DNA from: Yuukianura sp. NJ FZ-2021
Taxonomy: Eukaryota
Assembly (NCBI GenBank): GCA_046563655.1
Contig: CM102286.1
Location: forward strand, 10,168,001 to 10,232,000
Direction: 5' to 3'
Length of the DNA stretch: 64,000 nucleotides
In this document: positions 11,691-25,321 of the stretch, piece by piece
How the letters are laid out: each line of letters starts with the position of its first letter
Position numbering within the stretch: the stretch's first letter is position 1
Made by a program: the position numbers and the translations under genes
The notes under the pieces: model-generated
The model's input: only the letters and a program-made list of their open reading frames with translations
Databases searched by the model: none
What the model was told of the DNA's origin: nothing

Positions 11691-12143
11691 TGATGGGTGT
11701 AAAAACACAAATTTGTATCACAATCTACTCACATGGTAAATCCGAAACTGCTTAAGAGTTATGTAGCTTTGAGAATGGATCCGAATAGTCCTTGTACCAA
11801 GGAAGGACTTCGACGTACCGTATGCTCACCTGCCAACTTTTAAAACTACCCCCCCCCCCCCGCCCCGTTTTCCTGCCACCACAATTTCTGAGTTTGGCGA
11901 AGCGGTAGCTACGCTCCGCGAGACTTCTGCCATTTTGGAACTCAATCGGCAAATTCGACTTTTTCCAACCTAACCTTAAGTAATTCACTACAAACCACTA
12001 CAAATTAATACAATCTAATTAATTGATATAATTACTTATTTTAAACTAAATTTAACTAAAAATTAGTAGAAATTCACCTAAAATTAGAACAAATTAACCT
12101 AACCTAACATTAACTTAATAAAGTGTGGTTGAGGTAAGCTTTA

Positions 12144-12761
12144 ACGACCTTCATTGTAGCCGCACAGTGTAGCCGCCGGTATCATCTCGGGTGGCAACAT
12201 TTGTATCCGCTCGTGGAAAATTTTGCCTTAGCCACAACTATGTTACCGCACATGCTAAATAATACTGGCAACACTGTTTAACAATGTACACGCAATCAGC
12301 ACTGCGATATTTAAATAATCCAACCTATAGACGTAATCAGTGTTGCAAACCTTAAAAAAACCTAACTCGCCTTCGACGTGGGAAAATACAACTGAATTTA
12401 GGATTTGTTGAATCAGAAAGTAAAGGTTGCCAATCTAATTAATGTTGTTTCGTTGCTGTTTTAGAGAATTCGATTTTATTTTTCCGCTCCGAAGGCGCGG
12501 TGTTAGGGTAGGTTAGTTCCGAACAATAGTGGCTAGATTAGGTTTGAAGTTTTCGCTTAAATTATTGTAATGTCAAGACCAAATTCTAAAACATAGTTGC
12601 CAGCATTATTTAGCAAATGTGGCTACAATTGGGTGGCGACAGGGGAAATTTTCTCACAAGCGGCTACAAATGTTGCACACAGTGTAGCCACCCATTGTAG
12701 CCACCCAAGAAGGCGTCACCCAAGCCGGCGGCTACAGTGTGCGGTGACAACGACGGTCGTT
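12144..12761. mobile_element. MITE-like inverted-repeat element with TGTAGCC/GGCTACA subterminal repeats
   Basis: AACGACC...CCGCACAGTGTAGCCGCC mirrored by GGCGGCTACAGTGTGCGG...GGTCGTT; TSD not clear. Confidence 0.55.
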
Positions 12762-12764
12762 CTT

Positions 12765-15700
12765 GGTTCAGTGCATATATATTTTGGGCTTGCAAACTGG
12801 AGCATGATTTTGGTCCAATCAAATCGTAAAATTGCCAACACAATTTTGGCGAATCAATTCTCTATTCCTCCAAAAGATCTATGCTCAACCCGTGAGCATC
12901 GCCCTACCGTGTTTCATTTCGTGGTACACGAGGGAGATTCAGTTTCATATACTACATGGGTTGACACAGGGGTCAACTTTACATCTGACGAACTGTATTT
13001 CCTCACCAACCCCAATGTACAATGAGTTAGATTAAGTGTAGAACAAAGATGAGGCTGTACTTGTGACGTCATTTTTGTTGCGCTAATTAGTAGATGCTTG
13101 AACTTTTCCATCATCGCCATCAGCCCGCCTTGTGACCTCCTTACCAAATGAAAGCTCAACTGCATTACGTTAAACAGTTCATAACCCATTATAATAGTTA
13201 TTATAGTAGAAATAGGGTCCCTCCCTATTTCAGTGTTTCTTCGTGAACAATTCGGCACATACAGGAATGGTAAACAGCGTTAGCCCCATTCATTTGTTAA
13301 ATAAGTTTATGCACAGCACAACCATTGAAATAGATGCCTCATAGGAATCTGAAGCGGTATTTTGGATGTCATCGACTACTTTGTGCAAGTGGGAATCGAC
13401 AGTTATTGTGTCATTGCTTGCTAAAATATCAAACTCGAGTAAACCTGTCATATGTGTTTTGATGTAGACAACCGCTTGCCGAATTTTTAGTACCAGTTCT
13501 ATCGGCAAAGCGGAACCTATTCCTACATTGCTCATTCCACGGCGAATAATGTTATCAGCATCGACAGCATTGCAAATAGTTTGCATTCCAACTTTTCCCA
13601 ATGCTCCTGTGCACTTTTGTTTCAAACTTGTGACTTCCATTTCGCATATGGAATATGCTGCACCGACATAGTTTTCGCAATACAACTTCCAGGAACAGAG
13701 GGATCCCTCCATCTCCGTCAAAACATGCATCATAACAACTAGGTGTGAATGCATGGGATCAGTAATTTCATTCTTGATTTGCATTCCAGTCTCACCCAAG
13801 GCTTGGAAGCTTTCCAGCACTCAGCCTTAAGTTTAAGTTTAGCGCAAGTGTACTGGAGAACTACACGACCCTACAAATTTTATTAAAAGAACCCATAATG
13901 ATATGCGCATATGTGATGGAAATTCACTTAGCCAAACATGGAAAATTTTGTATAGTTGATAAGTTACTTGGACCGTGATCCTCGACTTGAAGCAAGTTAT
14001 AGCAGAAATGGCTTATGCTTCCATTCATACGCTGCAACATCGTTCATGATTTGCAGTAACGATATGATGGCTTTCGTTTGTGTACGCGTGGCACTAAAGG
14101 TGTATTTACAATATTGGCTTTCTACGGCATTGATCTCATTGTATATTGGGGTTCAGGTGTGAAAGCTCAACTGCATTACGTTAAACAGTTCATAACCCAT
14201 TATAATAGTTGTTATAGTAGAAATAGGGTTCCTATTTCAGTGTTAGCTTGCCGAATTTTTAGTACCAGTTCTATCGGCAAAGCGGAACCTATTCCTACAT
14301 TGCTCATTCCACGGCGAATAATGTTATCAGCATCGACAGCATTGCAAAGCGGCGCTGTCTTTCTCGAAACGAAATGCTCTTGTCATTCATATCCAGTTCA
14401 TGTACAGCATCAGCGACCGTCTGCGCACTTGTTGCGGTGACAAAAGATGATGGTGGTGGCAACTCGACTCGTTTTTGTAAAAATTGTTCTTCCTGCTCCG
14501 ACAAACGCATTTCCATAAGTATAGCTCAGGTCGGTCAGGGCCACCTCCCATTGATCTCCAGGCAGGCTGATGGAACTTGCCAACTTATTCTGGAAATCGC
14601 AAATTAGATTGCCTGGAAAGTAGTCCATCGAAGCTTTCGATTGAAGCGTAACGTAGAAAGAGTTGGATGTACTCGAACCAGTTGCAGTCATCATCTTGTC
14701 GTTGTCAAAGCACGAATCCTTTTAAATGAAAGCACGAATCCATAAAAATGTGAGGCACGAATCCTAAAAATTGGTTAGCACGAATCCTTTTAATCCAAAT
14801 TAGGGTTACCTCAAATCCAAAAATACGTAGGTAGGGATGAGTAGAATTGTAAGCTCGAATCCACAAAAATGGCTGGCACGAATCCTTGAAGTCTTTTCTT
14901 AACAATTTGTGTTCATCCAAAAGAAGCGAAAGCACGAATGAACAAAATCGCTGAGCACGAATCCTCAAAAAATGATCACGCTGGATCCTCCCCACACAAC
15001 GTTCGGCTGCCCGATCAGCCCCCTCACGGGCGCGCAAGGGGGGACCTTGCCTCCGACTCCATCTCTCCTTCAAAACTTTTCCCAACGACAGACGTTTCCT
15101 CCTCCTCCTCTTTGATGCTTCGTCCCTCCCTTTCGGAATACATTTTTTCCAGTTGGATTAGCAGCCCTCCTAACAAGCCTCTTTGCAATAGGTGTAGCTT
15201 TAGCTCTAGTAGGTGAGGGACGATGAATTTGAAATGGTGGTGGTTGGGGGTTTTCTTCAAAAACGTCTTCTACCTCTTCCTCTTCCTCCTCTTCGTCATC
15301 GGTTCCCCTTTCATTCTGGCTGGCACTTGGTGTGTTGTAATTTGATCCCGCCAGGTTCTGTTGTTGTTGTTGTCTTTGCTCAAAAAATATGGCTGGGAAA
15401 GTGATTAGGCGTGAAATTCCAGAGTTTGGAGCAGATCCATCCACAATTTTTGGAGAAATGTACCTCTGCAATTGGTCTCGAACTTGTATGAATCCTTCGG
15501 GAGCTCTAATATGCTTTCGATCCTTTCTCGCATTTTTACTTCCTTTTAGCTGCTTCAAAATGTAAGGTTCAGTAACATCTAGAAGATTTCCACTCTGATG
15601 CTGGGATTGGAAATTATACTATCTCCAAGTTGAGTTCCGTAAAAAAGTTTTGATTCATTTTCGTCTTCTTGAAATCCCTCATGTTCACGGTCACCCGCAA

Positions 15701-16900
15701 CATTTTTCACCAAAATTGGTTTGGATTCTAAAATATGACGTTTTTGTGCAAGTTGGAATCGACAGTTATTGTGTCATTGCTTTCTAAAATATCAAACTCG
15801 AGTAAACCTGTCATATGTGTTTTGATGTAGACAACCGCTTGCCGAATTTTTAGTACCAGTTCTATCGGCAAAGCGGAACCTACTCCTACATTGCTCATTC
15901 CACGGCGAATAATGTTATCAGCATCGACAGCATTGCAAATAGTTTGCATTCCAACTTTTCCCAATGCTCCTGTGCACTTTTGTTTCAAACTTGTGACTTC
16001 CATTTCGCATATGGAATATGCTGCACCGACATAGTTTTCGCAATACAACTTCCAGGAACAGAGGGATCCCTCCATCTCCGTCAAAACATGCATCATAACA
16101 ACTAGGTGTGAATGCATGGGATCAGTAATTTCATTCTTGATTTGCATTCCAGTCTCACCCAAGGTTTGGAAGCTTTCCAGCACTCAGCCTTAAGTTTAAG
16201 TTTAGCGCAAGTGTCCTGGAGAACTACACGACCCTACAAATTTTATTAAAACAACCCATAATGATATGCGCATATGTGATGGAAATTCACTTAGCCAAAC
16301 ATGGAAAATTTTGTATAGTTGATAAGTTACTTGGACCGTGATCCTCGACTTGAAGCAAGTTATAGCAGAAATGGCTTATGCTTCCATTCATACGCTGCAA
16401 CATCGTTCATGATTTGCAGTATCGATATGATGGCTTTCGTTTGTATTCGCGTGGCACTAAAGGTGTATTTACAATATTGGCTTTCTTCGGCACTGATCTC
16501 ATTGTACATTGGGGTTCTGGTATGGAAATACAGTTCGTCATTTAATGTGAGGTTAACCCTTGTGTCAACATGTAGCACCTGAAACTGAATCTCCCTCGTG
16601 TACAACGAAATGAAACACGGTAGGGCGATGCTCACGGGTTGAGCATAGGTCTTTTGTAGGAGTAGATACGACTTAACTCATGTTCGAGCGGCCACAAAAC
16701 CAATGAACAAAAATGAGAAACCGGTTTCCCGAGACTCATGCACCAGAGAGTCGTTTGTAATTTTCAGTGCCTTCACTGGTGCTTCTTTGTGCACGAGTTG
16801 CTCCAAAATTCCGTTGGCAATTTCACGATTTAATTGGACCAAAACTATTGTTCCAGTTTGCAAGCCCAAAATATATGCACTGAACCAAGCTTGTTTAACT
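12765..16900 (-). mobile_element. Scrambled Maverick/Polinton-like relic with internal direct and inverted duplications
   Basis: FYVTLQSKASMDYFPGN...WEVALTDLSY (about 14520-14694) resembles the Polinton minor-capsid N-terminus; about 13380-14160 is repeated at about 15743-16520; about 12765-13030 is an inverted copy of parts of 16495-16890. Confidence 0.55.
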
Positions 16901-18355
16901 TGCAATTTTGTTTATTTCTTTTTAGAAGGTTATGTCAAAACTCCGCGATTCTTTTTTTCAAATTTTTTGAACCGCACATCTGACGCGGCTGCGTTGCGTT
17001 AGCAATTCGGAATCAAAACTATGACTCAGCAACGTGAAATTTAAAAGATTATTGTGAAAATCAACAAAATTGGTATAAAATTGGTTCAAAAGTATTGTTT
17101 TTTCTTGTTTTTTTTTTAAATCGGAGTTATGAAATAACCTCTTACGCCATTTAAATAAATGTTTAAATTGTCTAAATTTGTATAAGTGGTCGCTATAGCA
17201 ATCTTGCGCAGAACTGACGTTCTTACAGATAATGTATTGTAGATATTGCTAAGGCAATATACACTATTATTTACTTATTTATTTATTTATTTATTAAGCC
17301 CATCAAGCTCTTTGTAAAAACAGTTTAACTTTGCATCATTGCTTTTTGCGCAATGAGCGCATTTCACTATAATAAATAGACCTGCTAAAATGTTTTTTTA
17401 AATATTAAATATTTTTGTTTAAAAAAAATATTTCACGATTTTTAAAAATGTAAATATTTTTTTAAATTTTTAGCGTTTTTTTGAGAAAACGAGGGTATTT
17501 TTCAAATTTTTCGTAAATTTTGATATCAACAGTTTGCACACTCTTGGTGCTCGGACCATTATGTTTGTGTGCTCTTCATTTAAAATTTAAAATTAAATTA
17601 AATTAAATTTAAAATCGTACAAGGTTCTTGTAGTCTTCCCACTTTTAAATTTCCCGTTAACATCACCTGAGGTTGTCTAAAGTTCGACATTGCAATATTG
17701 CAAACAACACAATTTGGGTATAGGTAGATGAAACAACACATTCCAATGCACGCTGTATTAAATTCTCTAGTTGGAGCCTCCAAGTATGCTTCATGGCGAT
17801 TGGTCAATTCAGAATTCAATAGTTTTTTACATGCACTTTTAAGAAACTTTTGCAATGAAACCATACCAAATGAATCATCGAGATCATATTGTGGGTAGTA
17901 GACAAACGGACGGACAGACACAGACAGTCAGACACGTAAAACAACACAATGTACCGAATAAATTCGCTACTTAATAATTGATACATGCTGTGATCATGTT
18001 GTTATCATATAAAATTTAGTACATATTCCGGCAGCAAAGAATCGGTACTCTCCCACGCCGACCAATAAATAAATGCCGTAATATACGATCTGTTAATCAA
18101 ATTTGGAAGCATGGTTGGTTGGTTGAATAGTCATTCCACGAACTCTGATTGAAAGCTTAGAACCGACTGTAAAAGAGGAATTAATACCTTTTAGCGAAAT
18201 AAGGTCATTGGCCACAGCAAAATTCCATAAGTGGAAATGATATTGATTTGATTTATCTCATACCTCGTGAAGCACACAGAGATTAAAGATTAGCCTTTAT
18301 AAATGGAGAATTTGCTCAGAGTTAGTTTAGCGGCTAGTTTTCGAGCGAATTAGAA

Positions 18356-21052
18356 ATGCTCCCACCGGGGTTCTCGTTTAAAAGTTATAACATCAGTAGT
18401 TATGAAATTCATAACTCGATTTCAAAGGTCAAAGACCTTTTAACATTTCCCGCCATTTGGAAACTGTACAACGCAGGACACGGGGTCACCAAACTTAGCA
18501 AAGGTTGTCAATTGCACCTAGAGGAGGCGGTTAGACAGTTCGGAAAAGAAATATGGCCGATTCAAAGTAAGTGAAGTTACAAATGCACGCATTTTTTTAA
18601 TTAATGCGATTTATTCTTGTCACTTTTCATTTGTATTTTTTGTATTGTAATAATAAATGTGCAAAATGTATACAAACGCTTTTTCTGGTATATAGTGGCA
18701 GATGCATGGGGTAAATTCCCAGCAGGTCTTCTGTCTGGCCACATAGGCATGATGGGCGACTTTGAAGAATGTATGCTCATGCGCGGAAGTGTTCAAGATC
18801 AACACAATGCTTCAGTTCCATTTGGAGGTCGCTATTGTCCAATGCATCTGGTTATGTCACAAGAACTTTTGGAAAACATTAACACAAATTTTAGTTCCGA
18901 GGTTAGAAATCAAACTTATTTCAACTTTTATTTCCATTTCATTTTTTAAAAAAAAATCAATTTTTAAAGCAACGCATGAAATTAAGAAAGACTTTTGCAA
19001 ATATTTTTTTAGACAGATAAACCACTTTACTCGATTGGCGAAGAATTGAATTTTTTAATGACGCAACCCACGCTGGCAGCCTGTCTTCCGACAGCATGCA
19101 CTCGAAACGATTTCAACATCTTGTTCAGTTCATTGACCTCGGTAGCTCAAGGTTTGATGACCCCTATCACCTCTTACTGTCAAACCGATGATAAACCACC
19201 ACTTGACGGAGCAGTTATTGCAATGATGTATGAAGTTCAAAATTACAAAAATCTGATAGATGTATTGATATTTGGAAATTGGATTTTTTAGGGTAGTGGT
19301 AGCACTGATCTTGTGCGTTACTTTAGTTGCAAGCGCTCTAGATCTTCTGTTGGATCAGAGGTCAAGGTCATCGTCAAAACTCTGGAAGGCATTGATGTCA
19401 TTTTCAGTGCCAAAAAATGTTCAAAGGTTGACTTCGATTAATGCGTCGGATGACTTGGGATGTCTCCATGGCCTGCGATTTGGAAGTATGTGTTGGGTAG
19501 TGCTGATCCATACTTGGAGCATTCTTTCTTACAGTGCAATCTGGAATTCTTTCAGAATGAGTACAGTAAGTATTATTAAGTTTGCAAGAAATATTAGAAT
19601 TTCTATTTAATGTTGACTTTTTTGTCAAGTACTACGAATCATGGTCAATTCTCACAGTGATCAATGGATCATTTTGTGTTGACACATTTTTTACACTCGC
19701 TGGCTTCCTAATTTCCTATCAACTTCTTCGCGGATTGGACAAACATGCAGACGAGAAATTCAATCCACTAAAGCTGTATCTACACCGTTTTCTAAGGTTG
19801 TTGACCTAACCCAATCTAAAAAAAAACACAACCTACTTAAACTAATTTTTTAAATATGAGTTTGCTTATTTTAGAATTACTCCTACCTATGCATTTCTGC
19901 TGGGCCTGATTGCCACATTTCAGCCGTACTTGTCCAATGGTCCAATGTGGAGTATCATTGACATGAATTCAAAATATTGCCGCAGAAATTGGTGGCAGAA
20001 TTTGCTTTACATCAACAACTTGGTTGCGCATGATATAACTGAGGACCCCACTAACGTACCTTGTTTTGCTGAAGCCTGGTATTTGGGATGTGACATGCAA
20101 TTTTTCATTGTTTCCATTTGGCTGATTTTCTTGATTTGGAAACACCGTCGTACCGGTTTCGTTTTGTTGTTGGCAACAACCATCGTATCAGTAGTCACCC
20201 CTGGATGGATAATCGGCGCCAAAAATTTGATGCCGACGAGTATTCCGTTTCGACCGTAAGTAGAATTTCTGGAAAGTTTTGTCCAGATTTTTTAAGCATG
20301 ATAGCTTATAATATTTGGTTCGAATTAAAACAGACCTAGTGGAGAGGAAACTGGCAATTATGACATTGACGTTTATGTCAAGCCTTGGACTAGATACGGA
20401 CCATACGTAGCAGGTACGTAGCCGTTGACATAGCTGAAGGCCATTGACCTTAAATTTTGAAGTGTTTATAATTTTTAATTGTGAAGGAATTTGGACGGGA
20501 TATGTCTACTACTTGTTTAAGAGTACGCACTTTCGATTCAGTCGTCCTGTTACATGGATAGGATGGTCTTGCGCCACAGCAACTGCTCTGGCTGTAGTCT
20601 ACGGACCTGTGCGGTTCTTTGACCATGACATTCCGCTAGGAAAAGTCGAATCCGTACTCTACGGAGGACTGGCTCGATTGGCATGGGGAGCTGTAGTTGG
20701 GTGGATAATTTTTGCATGTTTAACCGACAATGGCGGACCGATAAACCGATTCCTGTCAGCGAAACCTTTTGTACCGCTCGGTAGAATAACGTTTTGTATG
20801 TATCTTGTTTCTTATGAACTTCAACAAATGTTTCATGCTCGCTACCCGCATCCACTGTCTTATGATGTCTATTTTTTGGTAAGTGATGCATAAAGTATTT
20901 AAACTTATTATAAAACTAAAGTTTTGACTATTTTTTTATAGGTTAACTTGTTTTTGGCGCACTTGACGCTATCGATTCTCATCGGATTTTGGATAACAAT
21001 TTTAATTGAATCTTCATTCACCAGCTTAACTAAAACTATTTTAGGAAGCTAA
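18356..21052 (+). CDS. Nose-resistant-to-fluoxetine-6 (NRF-6)-like O-acyltransferase, multi-exon
   Basis: DAWGKFPAG..GDFEEC (NRF domain), CLHGLRF, VDTFF, YLHRFLR|ITP, WYLGCDMQFF, YVKPWTR; stop at 21050-21052; exact start uncertain. Confidence 0.88.
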
Positions 21053-21099
21053 CTAACTAAAAATGAATTTTAACATAAATATGAATTTGGAAAGTTAAA

Positions 21100-22145
21100 T
21101 TAAAATGTGAGGAGGAGATTGATGAGTGTTCCAATCACTATATCTTGCATCACAATGGGATAGCTATTTTTGGCAACAGTTGTATTTCCAATTTTCAAAC
21201 GAATGACCGGAGCTGATCTGAGAACTGCTTTGTTCAGGCGGGAGTTTGCAAACTCCGCGAAAATTTCCCTGAACTTTACAGAATTTTCCGTAATATTGAC
21301 ATGGAATTGAAGGCAAAAATAGAGCGCCACTGAAGAATTAATAACACATAACCCCATGAAGGAAATGGCGGCAATGCTCAACTGTCCCCAGAATCTGAGG
21401 TTGAAGTAAACTTGGGTTCCGCGCCTCTCCCCACTCGTGCAAATTTTCGCGCTAGTTCCATTGTCCCCACCAAATGTGTATCCACCAGCCTTACACCGAC
21501 TCCCCCTAGCGGCTGAAGTGAAACTAGCGAATTCGAGCTGGCAACGTCGCACCGTTGCTCCAGTGTCCCCACCCTACCCAGGGCACAGATAATAAATATA
21601 GTGAGACTAAATTAGAAAAACCAATACACAAAATCAGTATTGTAGGACATTCACAGACATAGTCACTATTGCGTGCTTAACCAAACCTAACGCCGCGCCT
21701 TCGGCGCGGAAACTGCATTGTACCAAGAAGTTTCGTGCTGAAATTTCACGAAAATGTTTCTTTGCAGTTTCCGCGCCGAAGGCGCGGCGTTAGGTTTGGT
21801 AATGCACGCAATAGTGATTACGTCTGTAGGTTTGGCGGACTAAAAGTCTCGCAATAGTGATTACATGTTCCCTAGTCCCTAGTGGGCTTTTCTACAGCGG
21901 CTTTTTTACATTGAAGCAACACTACAACGTTGCCAGCTCGAATTCGTTAGTTCGACACCAACCGCTAGACGGAGTCGTTGTTTTAGGCTGGTGGGGACAC
22001 ATTTGTCCCCACTTGGTGGGGACACTGGGTGGGGACAATGGAAGCAGCGCTAAAATTTGAACGGGTGGGGACAGGCGCGGAACCCAAGTTTACTTCAACC
22101 GAATCTGATGATGCAGAACAGAGCCGTCGATACGACGTTGGCAAA
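21100..22145 (-). pseudogene. 3' remnant of a 7TM chemoreceptor, disrupted by a MITE
   Basis: Near-identical to the last exon of 40963-42360; similarity resumes after the MITE at 22109 and stops near 22145. Confidence 0.85.
21399..22100. mobile_element. MITE with 8-bp TSD and GG-starting TIRs (Merlin- or hAT-like)
   Basis: TIR GGTTGAAGTAAACTTGGGTTCCGCGCCT; TSD GAATCTGA (21391-21398, 22101-22108); empty site in the paralog near 41254; internal palindrome 21661-21820. Confidence 0.9.
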
Positions 22146-22404
22146 ATGACGTCAGTTTCACGAAAGTGACGTTCGTAACGTTACTAACGTTTAAAACGCG
22201 TTTAAATCATAAATTCTGGAAAAAAAATTTTCTATTTCTACTTTTTTTACTCTGTGCCTCACAAGATAAAAACGACCCTCTGGAAATAAGGAATTATGGT
22301 GGCTAGCACGAAAAAGTTGCCCACAAAAATTAAACTCAACGTTCGTTTTAATTGGCTGTACTGTTCTCGGCACTTTTTGATGTGGCTGTTATGACCTGCT
22401 ACGG

Positions 22405-23027
22405 AGGGATAACGCCGTCCGTTCAGTTTCCGTTTTTAGCAAAAAACTGAAACGAAACGGAACGGTATTTCACAAAACGGAAACGGTCAAAAACAGAATA
22501 AACGAAAATGAAACTGAAACAGTCCAAGAAAAACGGTTAAAAAACGGGAAAGCCGTTCACTGTATCAGCTGTAAAGTGTTTTATTTCAGAAATACTTTAT
22601 AAAACATAATCATATCACCATTAGCTAAATCGATGGCATCTTACATGATAATTAAAATTAGCGTTAATGATTTTGGAGAGATTTTATAAAACAAAAGAGG
22701 CAAGCATTCGTAGTGTAATTCTGAAACTAGCTAGAAGCCACAATGTCGGAATCACTCCCGCTTACCAAATCTGAGCATATTATGTTAACAGGATATCAAT
22801 TTTATGATTCTTACCATTATCTTATAAGAAAATGTTATTTTTGTGTGCATTCCGTGTTTCCCGTGTTTTTCGTTTTTGATTTTGGTTAACGTTTATTTTC
22901 CGCTTCGTGTTTCGGAGAAAACAAAACGGAACGAATGCCACCGTATTTAAAATCATGAATAGCGGAAAGGGGAAAAACGGATCTTTCGTTTCGTTTCCCG
23001 TTTTAAACGGAAACGGCGGCAGCCCTA
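22405..23027. mobile_element. Degenerate hAT-like MITE with AAACGG subterminal repeats
   Basis: Right end GGCGGCAGCCCTA; CCGTTT/AAACGG clusters at both ends; left TIR decayed. Confidence 0.4.
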
Positions 23028-24135
23028 CGGCTACGTGCGTTAACTACTAAAGTTACCCCAAAACCAGGTAACTAGAATAATACCATGTAGTGCGAACACA
23101 AACTTTGTTAGGTTACCAAGAATTTTATTTATGACGTCGCTCGTTGAAAAATACTGTAATCGTGAGATAAAATCCCACGCGCTTATCTATACAACACAAG
23201 CGCTATATTGAAAGATTTTTAAAAACAAATAACAAAAAAAAACTATGAGGACCATTCTAAACAAAATTTTTGAAGCAAATGTTTTGTGGCGTTTCTCCTG
23301 ACAACTGACCCAATGCCATGAAACTTAAGACTGGTTCACACAGTATTCCATTCCTTGCAGTTTGATATTTTGCGAGAATTGTGAGAACCGAGGTTAACCT
23401 TGAAAATTGAAATGAAAGCGGTGTTGGAAATTACTCAGCATATCCCAAATGGGAATAGAAATAATTTTAATATCAAATTGAAAGTGGGTTTAGGTTTAAG
23501 TGAAAATGAAAGTAATTTTAATTTGGAAATAGAATTAGTTTTAATTTAGAAGTTTAGTTTGCCTCGCATGAGAGGAGAAGAGAAGAGGTGAAATTAAGAT
23601 GTAATCAAAGGGTTAATGTTGATCCACTTGAGTGGAGAATAGAATCAAAGGGAAAGGGTTAGCGTCTACTTTGTGTGTGAAAATAGTACTACTGACTTGC
23701 GCACTAGAGCAGGGATAGTATGTGTATTTGTAAATCAACGCTTTCCATAAGGTAGAATCTCTCCCTCCTTTTTACTACAGAAAAGATACACCACAAGAAG
23801 AGAGTCTTGAAGTAGCCTTTGCAGAGGCAGCAACTTACACATAGATTCTCACCTTTCACTTGTCACTTTTCAGTTCTCATTTTTAATCACATTTCAATTA
23901 GTAGAGTAATGTTAGGTTTCAAGTTTTATTATTAAATTAAATAAATCAATCAATGAGAAAAAGTTCAGTGTTCAGAATCTGGCATTCCATCCAACAATCT
24001 TCAAGCGGTTTTTACTCCACTCCACTGAGAAAATGGTTCAAAAATTTTGTTGAAAAAATGCCTAATGTCCACTCTAGTTAAAAGGAAAAAACGGAGAATC
24101 CCCTTGACAACTCCATGGGTATATGGATTTCTATA

Positions 24136-24799
24136 TGACACCATCATTACTCGCCGAGTTCGGGTATTTTTTCAACGAGTGACGTCACAAACAAAAACTG
24201 CATGGGTTGCTAATGGGGCTAAGTCCAGACGACGTTTTGACTTCTAGGTACAAACTGTATGGGGGCGTACTGATGCGTGGAAATGTGGAGCAAGTGCCAA
24301 GCTTGACGTATGGAGGCAACCACGTTGGTGTCAGAGGCAACTCACTTCCAACAGCACCTGCTGGAGGTGAGTTCATTTTTGTAGCAGATGTAATTACATA
24401 AATAAATTCCGAAGCAATGAATTCTGATGAACTCACTGATAATATGCTTGCTGTGTTAACGGTGGTAGTCGTGGCGGTGGTTACGGTGGCAATGGAGGGG
24501 ATGATGGCAACGACAAATTTCGTAAATTTCGTTTGCCGGTTGAAACGGCCGGAGGGAAGCAACAGTTCCCGTTTAAGCCGCCAGTTGATAAGAGTGGGTA
24601 GCCCGTGCTCAAAAAAGTAAATGTGAGTGGAACTGTTGGCAAAAACGAATATTTGGATGCTGATGGCAACGTTTGGACAAAAGGAAGAGCTATTGACAGC
24701 AATAAGAAAATTGGACAGCATTTCGAGTGGGATGTCCAGTTGAAGCGTGGAGGCGGAAAACACGTCAATGTCGATTGGAATGGAAATATTTCACACTAA
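24136..24799 (+). pseudogene. Bacterial polymorphic-toxin-like gene with C-terminal Ntox17-like predicted RNase domain, decayed
   Basis: Gly-rich linker followed by LP...FKPP...YLDADGNVWTKG...GQHFEWDVQL...GKHVNVDWNGNISH*; in-frame TAG at 24599-24601, upstream stops and a frameshift; no introns. Confidence 0.75.
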
Positions 24800-24863
24800 T
24801 TTCTACAATCATCATTGATTGTTTACAACATCAATTGTTTCAATACGAATTACTACATTATTA

Positions 24864-25268
24864 CTGTTCAGATCAAATAAGAAACCGCAAAAACACCTGC
24901 GCGTCGCCATGTGCTTTTTTCCCATAAGAAAAAAGAAGCTACTCACTCCTGCCTTCCTTCCCTGAGAAAAGAGGGAAGATTCTTTTTTGACAGCGAAAAG
25001 GAAGAGAATTTCAAGTTGCGCGGCTTGCAGGTGTTACCGCCAACAAATGATTTTTTTCTAAAGGAAGAACTCACGAAAAAAAATAGTTTCTAGAGATAAC
25101 ACCTGCATGCCGCGCAATTCCTAATTCTCTTCTTTTTCGCTGTCAAAAAAGAATCTTCCCTCTTTTCTCAAGGAAGGAAGGCAGGAGTGAGTAGCTTCTT
25201 TTTTTTATGGGAAAAAAGCACATGGCGACGTGCAGGTGTTTTTGCGGTTTCTTATTTGATCTGAACAG
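24864..25268. mobile_element. Long-palindromic MITE with TA TSD
   Basis: TA|CTGTTCAGATCAAATAAG...CTTATTTGATCTGAACAG|TA; near-perfect arms of about 170 bp. Confidence 0.9.
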
Positions 25269-25321
25269 TACTGCAAATTACTACAAGTTGTTACTGCAAG
25301 TAATTAAAAATTATTAAATAA

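Noticed and set aside
14707..14966. CRISPR-like repeat-spacer array
   Set aside because: Repeat is only 10 bp, spacing is irregular, context is eukaryotic, and no cas genes are present
21100..21552. 150-aa ORF as a chimeric novel gene
   Set aside because: The N-terminal part is MITE sequence that happens to be in frame with a receptor exon remnant
24185..24763. 192-aa minus-strand ORF as an antitoxin or real gene
   Set aside because: Antisense shadow of the toxin-like sequence; no recognisable motifs
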